Below, one piece after another: positions 18,465 to 26,721 of a stretch of 64,000 nt of DNA. This DNA is from Micrococcales bacterium (GTDB lineage Bacteria > Actinomycetota > Actinomycetes > S36-B12 > GCA-2699445), in contig PAAU01000041.1 in the NCBI GenBank assembly GCA_002699445.1, forward strand, positions 9,570 through 73,569, read 5' to 3'. Position 1 is the first letter of the stretch, and each line of letters opens with the position of its first letter. A program made the position numbers and the translations under genes. The notes beneath the pieces were generated by a model. That model was not told where the DNA came from. It worked only from the letters and a program-made list of their open reading frames with translations, and did not search any database.

Positions 18465-18491
18465 TTAGCACTCCCTATGTGACAGTGCCAA
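18465..18491. promoter_or_regulatory. CIRCE operator (HrcA binding site), imperfect right arm
   Basis: The sequence is TTAGCACTC-N9-CAGTGCCAA. The consensus is TTAGCACTC-N9-GAGTGCTAA. The left arm matches 9/9 and the right arm 7/9. It lies upstream of hrcA-dnaJ. Confidence 0.75.
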
Positions 18492-18613
18492 TGGTACCTG
18501 GGCTCATGGTCAACTGCCCAAAACTGCCGACGCTCCGGCACTCCGCCTACAGCGGAAAATCCCGCTCTACTGCTAGATTTTAAGTGGCTCGTGGAGTTTG
18601 CGGAGCCATCCCC

Positions 18614-19261
18614 ATGACTAGTCGAGGAGTACCCGTGGCCTACACCACCCCGGTATCACCAAATCCTGAGCCTCCCAGTGAAGATGACATCAAAGACATG
18701 CTGTCCCAGATAGGTAGCAACTGGGGTGTAGTTCTTGCCTTTGGCGTCATAACCCTGCTAATCGGTATCGCGGTCATGGCATGGCCAAACGCAACCGTAG
18801 GCATCATCGGAATCTTGTTGGGTATCTGGTTACTGATCAGCGGCATCTTCTCGTTAGTAGGTAGTTTCACCACCAGTGGGGACACTGGTAATCGGGTGCT
18901 AATGGGTATCGCTGGTGCCATCGCGATCATTTTGGGAGTGCTGTGCTTCCGCGGTGAGGCCGTAGAGATTCTGGCCTTATTTGTAGGAATCGGCTGGTTG
19001 CTGCAGGGGATTTTCCAGACCATCGTCGGCGCCCAGGCGAAGGGGCAGCCGGGTCGTGGCTGGGATCTCTTTCTCGGAATCCTCGGGATTGTCGCGGGTA
19101 TCGTCGTGCTGGTCTGGCCGGCACCGTCGCTATTTGTCTTGGCGTGGGTTGCGGGTATTTGGTTTGTGATTCTTGGCATCATCACTATCGTGGCGGCCTT
19201 TCGGCTGAAATCAGCGGCCGAAAAGATAGCAACGGAATCGGACGACTCAGTAGTTATCTAG
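18614..19261 (+). CDS. HdeD/DUF308-family membrane protein
   Basis: Six glycine-rich TM helices with the repeated pattern W...G...I.LG..L..GI. The start is ATG 18614 (GGAG lies 8 nt upstream) or GTG 18584. Confidence 0.6.
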   Translation: MTSRGVPVAYTTPVSPNPEPPSEDDIKDMLSQIGSNWGVVLAFGVITLLIGIAVMAWPNATVGIIGILLGIWLLISGIFSLVGSFTTSGDTGNRVLMGIAGAIAIILGVLCFRGEAVEILALFVGIGWLLQGIFQTIVGAQAKGQPGRGWDLFLGILGIVAGIVVLVWPAPSLFVLAWVAGIWFVILGIITIVAAFRLKSAAEKIATESDDSVVI

Positions 19262-19281
19262 CCCTAAGTCCTTTGGTGACG

Positions 19282-20448
19282 CTAGGCATGCTCGAGCAAC
19301 TCAACTGTCACTCGGTCGGCCAGTCGACGTCCCGCCAACGTAAGTGTCAGCGGTTCACCTACTGAAAGCAGCCCAAGTTCCCGAAGTTGCTCCGCTTTAG
19401 CGGTGATATGGTTTCGGTTCTGCCCAAGGTCGGCTGGATCAAGTCCCTGAACCAGTCGGATGTGCAGCATCACCAGTTCAGTCAGTAGCTGATCTTCGGT
19501 TAGTTGTTCTTCCCCTGCCCGCGGACTCTTTCCTTCCTGTAACGCCGCTGCCCAACGCTGCGGACTCCGATGATTCCACCAGCGTGAACCCGCTAGATGG
19601 CTATGTGCACCCGGTCCGATCCCCCACCAATCTCCGCCGCGCCAATAGTTGAGATTGTGTCGGCATTCATGTCCCGCTAGCGACCAGTTCGAGATTTCGT
19701 ACCAGTTCAAACCAGCGGCACTCAATATCTCGTCCGTCGCGTCGTATGCGGCCGCCGAGTAGTCCTGATCGACTCGAGGAACCTCGCCGCGGCGGACCCG
19801 ACGGTGTAACGCGGTACCCGGCTCGACTTTGAGTCCGTATGCGGAGATATGTCCCACCCCTGCGTCCAACGCCGCGGCAAGGGTGCTCCGCCAGCTACGC
19901 AAATCCTCACCCGGGGTGCCGTAGATCAGATCTAGACTGACCAGCGAAACCCCCGCCGCAAGAGCTTCTTGTGCGGCCGCTACTGCCGTACCAGGTGAAT
20001 GAACTCTATCTAGTAGGTTCAGCACCTGCTGATCCGCGCTTTGCATTCCCAGCGAAAGTCGGTTGATCCCGCAATCCAACAGTTCTTGCAGTTTTTCGCC
20101 ACTGATTGTTTCAGGATTTGCTTCGACGGTAATCTCTGCGTTCGACGCGAGGCCCAGTTGCTGATCGATTTCGTCAAGAACAGCACCCAAGTCACTGGTA
20201 GGCAGCAATGTTGGTGTTCCGCCGCCAAAAAATACCGTATCGACTCGACGATCTGGGCTGAGTTCTCTGGCTGCCAAAGATACTTCATCAATGGCCGCTT
20301 GACGCCAAGACTCTCGAGAACCGTGGCCCGCCTCGCCAGGCACGTAGGTATTGAAATCGCAGTATCCGCAACGGGAGCTGCAATAGGGCACGTGCACGTA
20401 CATCCCGAGAGAACGTACCGGCTCTCGTCGCGTCAGGACCGACTCCAT
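19282..20448 (-). CDS. hemW: radical SAM heme chaperone HemW (coproporphyrinogen-III-oxidase-like)
   Basis: YVHVPYCSSRCGYCDFNTY contains the CxxxCxxC cluster, and a HemN_C-like tail is present. I place the start at ATG 20448 (MESVL...). The track extension to 20511 would read through a perfect 18-bp hairpin. Confidence 0.85.
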   Translation of the reverse strand: MESVLTRREPVRSLGMYVHVPYCSSRCGYCDFNTYVPGEAGHGSRESWRQAAIDEVSLAARELSPDRRVDTVFFGGGTPTLLPTSDLGAVLDEIDQQLGLASNAEITVEANPETISGEKLQELLDCGINRLSLGMQSADQQVLNLLDRVHSPGTAVAAAQEALAAGVSLVSLDLIYGTPGEDLRSWRSTLAAALDAGVGHISAYGLKVEPGTALHRRVRRGEVPRVDQDYSAAAYDATDEILSAAGLNWYEISNWSLAGHECRHNLNYWRGGDWWGIGPGAHSHLAGSRWWNHRSPQRWAAALQEGKSPRAGEEQLTEDQLLTELVMLHIRLVQGLDPADLGQNRNHITAKAEQLRELGLLSVGEPLTLTLAGRRLADRVTVELLEHA

Positions 20449-20477
20449 TCTTCCAGTGTCACTCACGCGACCTGACA

Positions 20478-20517
20478 CTGGAAGTGGGGCGGACCCAACG
20501 GTCCGCCCCACTTCCAG
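20478..20517 (-). terminator. perfect 18-bp-stem hairpin, probably a factor-independent terminator after the acyl-CoA ligase gene
   Basis: CTGGAAGTGGGGCGGACC-caac-GGTCCGCCCCACTTCCAG (20478-20495 pairs with 20500-20517). It begins 33 nt downstream of the 20550 stop on the minus strand. There is no U-tract, which is common for actinobacterial terminators. Confidence 0.6.
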
Positions 20518-20549
20518 GTGAACTCAACGGTATCGAGTCCAATGAATGT

Positions 20550-22394
20550 CTATTTCGTGTACATACCGTCGATCATGTCCGCAAACTCTTTCTCGACCAC
20601 TTTGCGTTTCACCTTCAGGCTAGGCGTCAATTCGCCGCCCTCAATGGTCAGTTCCTTGGGAAGAATCCGGAACTGCTTGATGGTTTCCCATCGATTGAGA
20701 CCCGAGTTAAGTGCGTCAACGGCTGCCTGAACCTCGGCTTTGACCTGATCATCATTAGCCAGTTGTTCTATGGTAGCTCCGGCTTTGCCGTTCTTATCGG
20801 CCCATGCCGCAGCCGAGTCCGGATCCAAAGCCACTAGGGCACTAGCGAAGTTTCGCTCGTTCGCAATCACGCACACTGCCCCAGCGATACCGCACTTGGC
20901 TTTGAACTGGGCTTCAATAGCGCCCGGCGCAATGTATTTGCCACCGGAAGTCTTAACCAAGTCTTTCTTACGGTCGGTGATCTTGATGCGTCCTGCATCG
21001 TCGATGACACCGATGTCACCGGTAGCGAACCACCTGCCCGGACCAGGTGCCTGATCACCAAACACCTCTTCATTGGCTTCGTCACGGTGCCGGTAGGCCC
21101 GCATCACTCCACCACCACGGACCATGATCTCGCCATCGTCAGCAATCTTGATCTCAGTTCCGGGCAATGGTTGGCCCACAGTTCCGGCCATCTTTGATTC
21201 CGGACGGTTAACGCAAGTAGCCGCAGAAGTTTCGGTCAAACCGTAGCCTTCCAAGATTGGCATGCCGACAATATCGAACCACTCATTGATCTCCGCGCTG
21301 AGTGCAGCGGATCCGGAAACCATGTAACGCAGATTGCCACCGAGGCGTTCTCTCACCTTGGAGAAGATCAACTTATCAGCCAGGTTGAGTTGCCAACCGC
21401 CGTAGTTTTCGCCGTTCAACTTTTTCTCGTACTCACGGCGCCCTACCTTGAACGCCCAGTTGAAGAGCTTCTCCTTGACACCACCTTCTTCAGCCATGTT
21501 CGACTGAACTCCCGCATACACCTTTTCGAAGATTCTGGGGACAGCTGCCATGAGGGTGGGCCGCACGATGGGTAGGTTCTCAACGATTTTGGGCACTCGA
21601 CCATCAACAACCGTTATTCCACCAGTCTGGAGGTGCGCTCCGAGCAGAACCTTGCCAAAGGAATGCGCCAGGGGTAGCCACAGGAACTGCACATCGTTCT
21701 TATCCAGAATGCCCAACGCATCCATAGCGGATGCTTCGTAGGTCCAGTTGCTGTGCGTGAGCTCTACGCCCTTTGGCTTGCCAGTCGTGCCAGAGGTGTA
21801 AATCAGCGTCGCCAGTTTGTCGGGACCCGTGGCATCAACCCGCTCCTGAATCAGATTGGGGTTGTCGGCCAGCGCCGCCTTGCCCTTCTCTCGCAGTTGA
21901 CTCCAGCTCAAAACCTTGTCGCCATCTCCATCGCCATCCATCAGAATGATGGTGCGCAGTCGCGGCAAGTCGCCATCCGCCTTATCAGCTTGCGACTGGT
22001 CTTCCGCTATTAGGATCGTGGTCCCGGAATCCTCAAGGATGAACTGCACATCCGGCTTCTCCGTGCTCGGGTACACCGTTGTGGTTGCCGCGCCAGAAAG
22101 CATGATGCCATAGTCAGCGACTATCCAATCCAAACGAGTGCCGCTCGCGATGGCGATCCGATCTTCCATCTCAGCGCCGAGGCTCACTAGTCCGGCCGCT
22201 ATCTCGGAACACTCCTGCAACATTTCGTCCCAGGTGTAGGACTTCCAACCATCTCCGTCGGGTTTGCGGAAGGCCTCCATTGGACCGCTTTCCTTCACCC
22301 GATTAAGAATCAACTGACCAAATGATGGCGCAGGAGTGGCCATTGGCTCACTTAGTGAACCGCTGGTTCGACCTGCCGAGGGCATTTCTGACAT
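20550..22394 (-). CDS. long-chain fatty-acid--CoA ligase (AMP-binding, FadD15-like)
   Basis: 614 aa. AMP-binding motif IYTSGTTGKPKGVELTH, then GYGLTETS, then TGDIG...DRKKDLVKTSGGKYIAP. AAGGAGG lies 9 nt upstream of ATG 22394. Confidence 0.85.
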   Translation of the reverse strand: MSEMPSAGRTSGSLSEPMATPAPSFGQLILNRVKESGPMEAFRKPDGDGWKSYTWDEMLQECSEIAAGLVSLGAEMEDRIAIASGTRLDWIVADYGIMLSGAATTTVYPSTEKPDVQFILEDSGTTILIAEDQSQADKADGDLPRLRTIILMDGDGDGDKVLSWSQLREKGKAALADNPNLIQERVDATGPDKLATLIYTSGTTGKPKGVELTHSNWTYEASAMDALGILDKNDVQFLWLPLAHSFGKVLLGAHLQTGGITVVDGRVPKIVENLPIVRPTLMAAVPRIFEKVYAGVQSNMAEEGGVKEKLFNWAFKVGRREYEKKLNGENYGGWQLNLADKLIFSKVRERLGGNLRYMVSGSAALSAEINEWFDIVGMPILEGYGLTETSAATCVNRPESKMAGTVGQPLPGTEIKIADDGEIMVRGGGVMRAYRHRDEANEEVFGDQAPGPGRWFATGDIGVIDDAGRIKITDRKKDLVKTSGGKYIAPGAIEAQFKAKCGIAGAVCVIANERNFASALVALDPDSAAAWADKNGKAGATIEQLANDDQVKAEVQAAVDALNSGLNRWETIKQFRILPKELTIEGGELTPSLKVKRKVVEKEFADMIDGMYTK

Positions 22395-22511
22395 TCGGTG
22401 CGCCTCCTTTAGGCGTATGTGGGACTACTCGAAAGATAGTGACAAACACGGCTCTTTGCGCGCGGTTAATGGAATTCACGTGTTTCCGCCGCCACGGATT
22501 TCCCGGATTAA

Positions 22512-24356
22512 CTATTTTCGATCCTGATCAGTGGATAGCGCAGCAATGAAAGCTTCTTGGGGGACCTCCACTCGGCCCACCATCTTCATCCGTTTTTTGC
22601 CTTCCTTCTGCTTCTCCAGCAACTTACGCTTGCGTGAAATATCGCCGCCGTAACACTTCGCCAAAACGTCCTTCCGCATGGCCCTAATTGTTTCGCGAGC
22701 AATGATTCTTGAGCCAATGGCGGCTTGGATCGGCACCTCGTACTGCTGTCGTGGGATCAACTCTCGGAGTCTGGACGCCATAGCGACGCCATAGGCGTAA
22801 GCACTATCCCGATGCAGGATGGCACTGAACGCATCTACCGGTTCGCCATGTAGAAGGATGTCGACCTTTACAAGATCCGATGCTTGCTCTCCATCCGGCT
22901 CGTAATCTAAGGACGCATACCCCTTGGTCCGCGATTTCAACGCATCGAAAAAATCGTAAACAATCTCGGCTAGCGGCAGCGTGTACCGCAGTTCGACCCG
23001 GTCCGTCGACAGATAGTCCATACCCAGCAGCGAGCCGCGGCGGGCTTGGCACAACTCCATAATGGTGCCGACATAGTCCGCTGGGGCAATGACAGTCGCC
23101 TTCACTATGGGTTCGGTGACTTCGGCCACCTTGCCGCTCGGGAACTCACTGGGGTTAGTCACCACAAGATCGCTGCCGTCATCCATCAGTACTGAGTAGA
23201 CAACACTCGGCGCCGTAGAAATAAGGTCGAGACCAAACTCTCGCTCCAATCGTTCCCGCACGATTTCTAGGTGAAGTAAACCGAGGAAACCGCAGCGAAA
23301 ACCGAAACCTAACGCAACTGAGGTCTCGGGCTCGTAGATTAAAGCGGCATCGTTGAGCTTTAGTTTGTCCAGCGCATCACGCAAACCGGGATATTCCGAC
23401 CCATCGATCGGGAAGAGTCCCGAGTAGACCATCGGTCGTGGATCCCGATACCCGCTCAGCGATTCCACTGCCCCTGCGCTACTTGTCGTCACCGTGTCAC
23501 CAACTCGGCTCTGTCGGACGTCCTTGACTCCAGTGATGAGGTAACCGACCTCACCTGCTCCCAAGCCTGGTGCGGCCGTCGGCTCTGGGGAGATTACGCC
23601 GACTTCTAGCAGTTCATGGGTGGTCTCGGTGGACATCATCAGTATCTTGTCGCGATGCGAAAGCGCTCCATCCACCATGCGAACGTAGGTGACGACACCG
23701 CGATAGGTGTCGTACACCGAATCAAAGATCAGGGCTCGGGCCGGGGCTTCGCTGTCCCCTAAGGGTGCCGGCACATCACGAACGATTGTCTCCAGAAGCT
23801 CTGCCACGCCTTCGCCTGTCTTGGCTGATACTCGAAGCACGTCATCTATGTCGCAACCAATGATGTGAGCGATCTCCGCCGCGTACTTATCTGGTTGAGC
23901 TGCCGGTAAATCGATCTTGTTCAAGACCGGTATGACCTGGAGATCGTTCTCTAATGCCATGTATAAGTTCGCCAACGTCTGCGCTTCGATTCCTTGCGCA
24001 GCATCCACGAGCAATACCGCTCCCTCGCATGCCGCGAGCGAGCGCGAAACCTCGTAGCTGAAATCAACATGGCCAGGGGTGTCGATTAGGTTGAGCACAT
24101 AACGGACACCATCTTCAGCCTGGTACGGCAGCCGTACCGCCTGGCTTTTGATTGTGATGCCGCGTTCGCGTTCGATATCCATTCGATCCAGATATTGAGA
24201 CCGCATATCTCGATCTGCAACCAAGTCAGTGGCCTGAAGCATCCGATCCGCCAGCGTCGATTTGCCGTGGTCGATGTGCGCAATGATGCAGAAATTGCGA
24301 ATCACACCGGACGGCGTGGCTCCGGGTAGGGGTTCTGTCACAGTGTTCGGCTCCAT
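22512..24356 (-). CDS. lepA: translation elongation factor 4 (LepA)
   Basis: [30 protein letters not shown], and the LepA-specific C-terminal domain. The start is ATG 24356; the track begins at GTG 24365. Confidence 0.95.
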   Translation of the reverse strand: MEPNTVTEPLPGATPSGVIRNFCIIAHIDHGKSTLADRMLQATDLVADRDMRSQYLDRMDIERERGITIKSQAVRLPYQAEDGVRYVLNLIDTPGHVDFSYEVSRSLAACEGAVLLVDAAQGIEAQTLANLYMALENDLQVIPVLNKIDLPAAQPDKYAAEIAHIIGCDIDDVLRVSAKTGEGVAELLETIVRDVPAPLGDSEAPARALIFDSVYDTYRGVVTYVRMVDGALSHRDKILMMSTETTHELLEVGVISPEPTAAPGLGAGEVGYLITGVKDVRQSRVGDTVTTSSAGAVESLSGYRDPRPMVYSGLFPIDGSEYPGLRDALDKLKLNDAALIYEPETSVALGFGFRCGFLGLLHLEIVRERLEREFGLDLISTAPSVVYSVLMDDGSDLVVTNPSEFPSGKVAEVTEPIVKATVIAPADYVGTIMELCQARRGSLLGMDYLSTDRVELRYTLPLAEIVYDFFDALKSRTKGYASLDYEPDGEQASDLVKVDILLHGEPVDAFSAILHRDSAYAYGVAMASRLRELIPRQQYEVPIQAAIGSRIIARETIRAMRKDVLAKCYGGDISRKRKLLEKQKEGKKRMKMVGRVEVPQEAFIAALSTDQDRK

Positions 24357-24486
24357 GAGGCACACCAGGATTTGGTGGATTGGGGTGATACACGGCTATT
24401 CTAGGGGGCGTTGCCTCGGAACTGGGTTCCGCGGCTCCCACAGACTCAATCTGTCCATCAAAGAGAAGCGGTAGGGCCGTCGCGAC

Positions 24487-24750
24487 ATGGCGAACATCAA
24501 GTCACAAGTTAAGAGAAACCGAAGCAACGAAAAAGCGCGCCTCCGCAACAAGGCCGCCAAATCTTCGTTGAAGACCTCAGTACGCCATTTTCACGAGGCG
24601 ATAGCCGCTGGCGATGCAGAGCGCGCCCAAGAGCAGGCTCGGCTGGTGGGCCGCGAACTTGATCGCGCCGCTAGCAAAGGTGTGATTCACAAGCGCCAGG
24701 CTGCAAATCGGAAATCAGCAATTTTCACTGAGGTCGCCAAACTCGGCTAG
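24487..24750 (+). CDS. rpsT: 30S ribosomal protein S20
   Basis: 87 aa. [30 protein letters not shown] is a typical S20 sequence. Confidence 0.95.
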   Translation: MANIKSQVKRNRSNEKARLRNKAAKSSLKTSVRHFHEAIAAGDAERAQEQARLVGRELDRAASKGVIHKRQAANRKSAIFTEVAKLG

Positions 24751-24775
24751 GCACCGGTCCCCGCGGGACTCGAGT

Positions 24776-25786
24776 TCAGTCTTCGGCTAAGCGCGCCAGA
24801 CGCTCGATTTCTTGTTCCAGGATGGCCAGTTTTTGCTCGTCATCGAGGGCCGTAGCGCCATCGAGGCTCCCCTTCATCTGTACGTCCAGATCAGGGAGGC
24901 GGACCGATAGCCGCGCGATTCGTTCCCCAGTAGCTCCCCAAGTTCGTGCATTTTCGCGAGCCCGTTTCGCCTGCCATGGGCGAATCGCAGGCCCAGGGTT
25001 TCCTCCGCGCATCCCAGCTAGCGCCATCATGCGCAGCCCATGGGCCAATGCAGCCACAACGGATACAGCCACCCCCCGCTCTCGCTGCGCCATCAGCCGC
25101 AGCTGGCGAGTAGCTTCCGCGCCGTCGCCCGCCCAGACCCGATCTGCGAGCTGGAAGGCAGACGACCTGGTCTGCGTCGGCAGCATGTGTTGCACCTGGT
25201 CAACATCGACGTTGCCATCCAAACTGTCCGCGACGGCTTGCCGCACCGCACCAAGGAGTAGCGCCACAGAGTCGGTCCCCAACGCATCGATAAGCCAGTG
25301 TTCTGCTCGATCACTGATTTGGCCGCCCTGATCTATGGCTTCCTGGCGCAACAATCCTCGAACATCTCGCTCCGAAGGTCGATCACACTTGATGACCTCT
25401 CCGCCCGCCTTATCCGCAGAATTGATCACACCGCGCCCGCGTTGGCCACCAAGGTGGGTGAGGATGAGCGGCGGCGCTTGATCATCCGCGATAGCCACTT
25501 TGAGAGCCTCAACTATCGATTCGTCTGCCTGTTCCACTGACTCCACCATCAGGATTGGTGGTTCACCGAAAAGGCTTGGCGACGAAGACTGCGCGATATC
25601 TTGCGCCAACGAAATGCCACTGTCGGACTTGCGGGCGCAATCCAAACGCCGGATCTCGCGGTCTGGATGGGCTTTCTGAATTTCTTCTAATCTGCGAGCA
25701 GCGGCTCGTTCAACGAGAACTTGCTCGGGTCCCGTCACCACGACGACACGATCTACGGCCGTTGGCTTCGATGACTTCGCTGCCAT
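24776..25786 (-). CDS. holA: DNA polymerase III subunit delta
   Basis: 336 aa. The call rests mainly on position (comEC-holA divergent from rpsT), size, and the helical alanine-rich C-terminal half. No sharp motif was found. Confidence 0.7.
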   Translation of the reverse strand: MAAKSSKPTAVDRVVVVTGPEQVLVERAAARRLEEIQKAHPDREIRRLDCARKSDSGISLAQDIAQSSSPSLFGEPPILMVESVEQADESIVEALKVAIADDQAPPLILTHLGGQRGRGVINSADKAGGEVIKCDRPSERDVRGLLRQEAIDQGGQISDRAEHWLIDALGTDSVALLLGAVRQAVADSLDGNVDVDQVQHMLPTQTRSSAFQLADRVWAGDGAEATRQLRLMAQRERGVAVSVVAALAHGLRMMALAGMRGGNPGPAIRPWQAKRARENARTWGATGERIARLSVRLPDLDVQMKGSLDGATALDDEQKLAILEQEIERLARLAED

Positions 25787-25884
25787 AGGGCGATAGTGTC
25801 ATGCACTCACCATAGAGATCGACAGCGCCTCGCCTCAATACCTTGCCTCCTAGGATGAAATGCCGCTCGAGATCCGCGCGTCAG

Positions 25885-26559
25885 TCAACTCCCAGGCGAT
25901 TTGCTGCCCTGCCGCACAACACCAGCGTCTGCCGTGCCACCGCGATATTTGCCGCCATAGCGGCGCTTTAGCCACAACAAAACGAGGTAGAAGGGGATTG
26001 TGGCGAGGTACCAAATCGCATCCGGCACCACAGTGTAGGGAAGCGTTTCACCATTGGCGGAGAACAGCGAAGTCTCGTAGTACGCGGGGTTGTATGCACT
26101 GGGAATAAAGAGAAACGTCTTGCCAATGCTTGTCCAGTCGACAATGTAGTTAGAGATCACGCCCCAAGCCCAGATGATTCCGAACTCGCCCCAGTGCCAA
26201 CGGGTGAAGTGTTCCCGCTTACTGCGTCCCAGGATCAACCAGGCCAGACCCACACCAATCATGAAAATCCCGCCGTCTTCGATGGTATGAGCCAGACTTA
26301 TGTACCACCGGGGTAACGGATTTTCGGTGAGGCAGACCTCGTTGTTGGCGACAAAGTGACAACCCTCATGCACCGTAAAAGAGTCACCCAACAAATCAAA
26401 CGCGAACTCCCAGATCGCGCCTATGAGACACCCTGCCCAAAAAGCAAGAAATATGGCGAGATCACACCTCCTGGCGAAGTAAAGATAGAACATTACGATG
26501 ATCGCCAAGGACGGAAGAATGAGATCCGTGACCCACTGATACTTCGCTAAGTCACCCAT
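25885..26559 (-). CDS. hypothetical aromatic-rich polytopic membrane protein
   Basis: 224 aa. ATG 26559 is preceded by GAGGTG 5 nt upstream. It has about 6 hydrophobic segments rich in W, Y and F and a basic tail KRRYGGKYRGG. I recognise no family. Confidence 0.6.
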   Translation of the reverse strand: MGDLAKYQWVTDLILPSLAIIVMFYLYFARRCDLAIFLAFWAGCLIGAIWEFAFDLLGDSFTVHEGCHFVANNEVCLTENPLPRWYISLAHTIEDGGIFMIGVGLAWLILGRSKREHFTRWHWGEFGIIWAWGVISNYIVDWTSIGKTFLFIPSAYNPAYYETSLFSANGETLPYTVVPDAIWYLATIPFYLVLLWLKRRYGGKYRGGTADAGVVRQGSKSPGS

Positions 26560-26721
26560 GTCGTCACCTCACACATTGATGCGTCAAGCTCCGTCGAACG
26601 ACGTAGCCGATAACAGCGGAAGTAGGTGCCACGGACGGCATCGTAGTCCGTGACGGGAGTCGTTTCATCAGGGCAGACAAATCGGGATGCGAGATCACAG
26701 GAATTTTCTGCGCTGCAACGC

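Noticed and set aside
22395-22511. Imperfect long inverted repeat (TTAATCCGGGAAATCCGTG ... CACGTGAATTCCATTAA) after lepA and before the acyl-CoA ligase gene, considered as a terminator or FadR-type operator.
   Set aside because: The pairing is heavily interrupted when written out. I cannot distinguish it from chance without a folding calculation.
24757-24769. Bidirectional terminator between the convergent rpsT and holA genes (GTCCC-cgc-GGGAC).
   Set aside because: The stem is only 5 bp with a 3-nt loop, which is too weak to call. It remains the only structure in the 25-nt gap.
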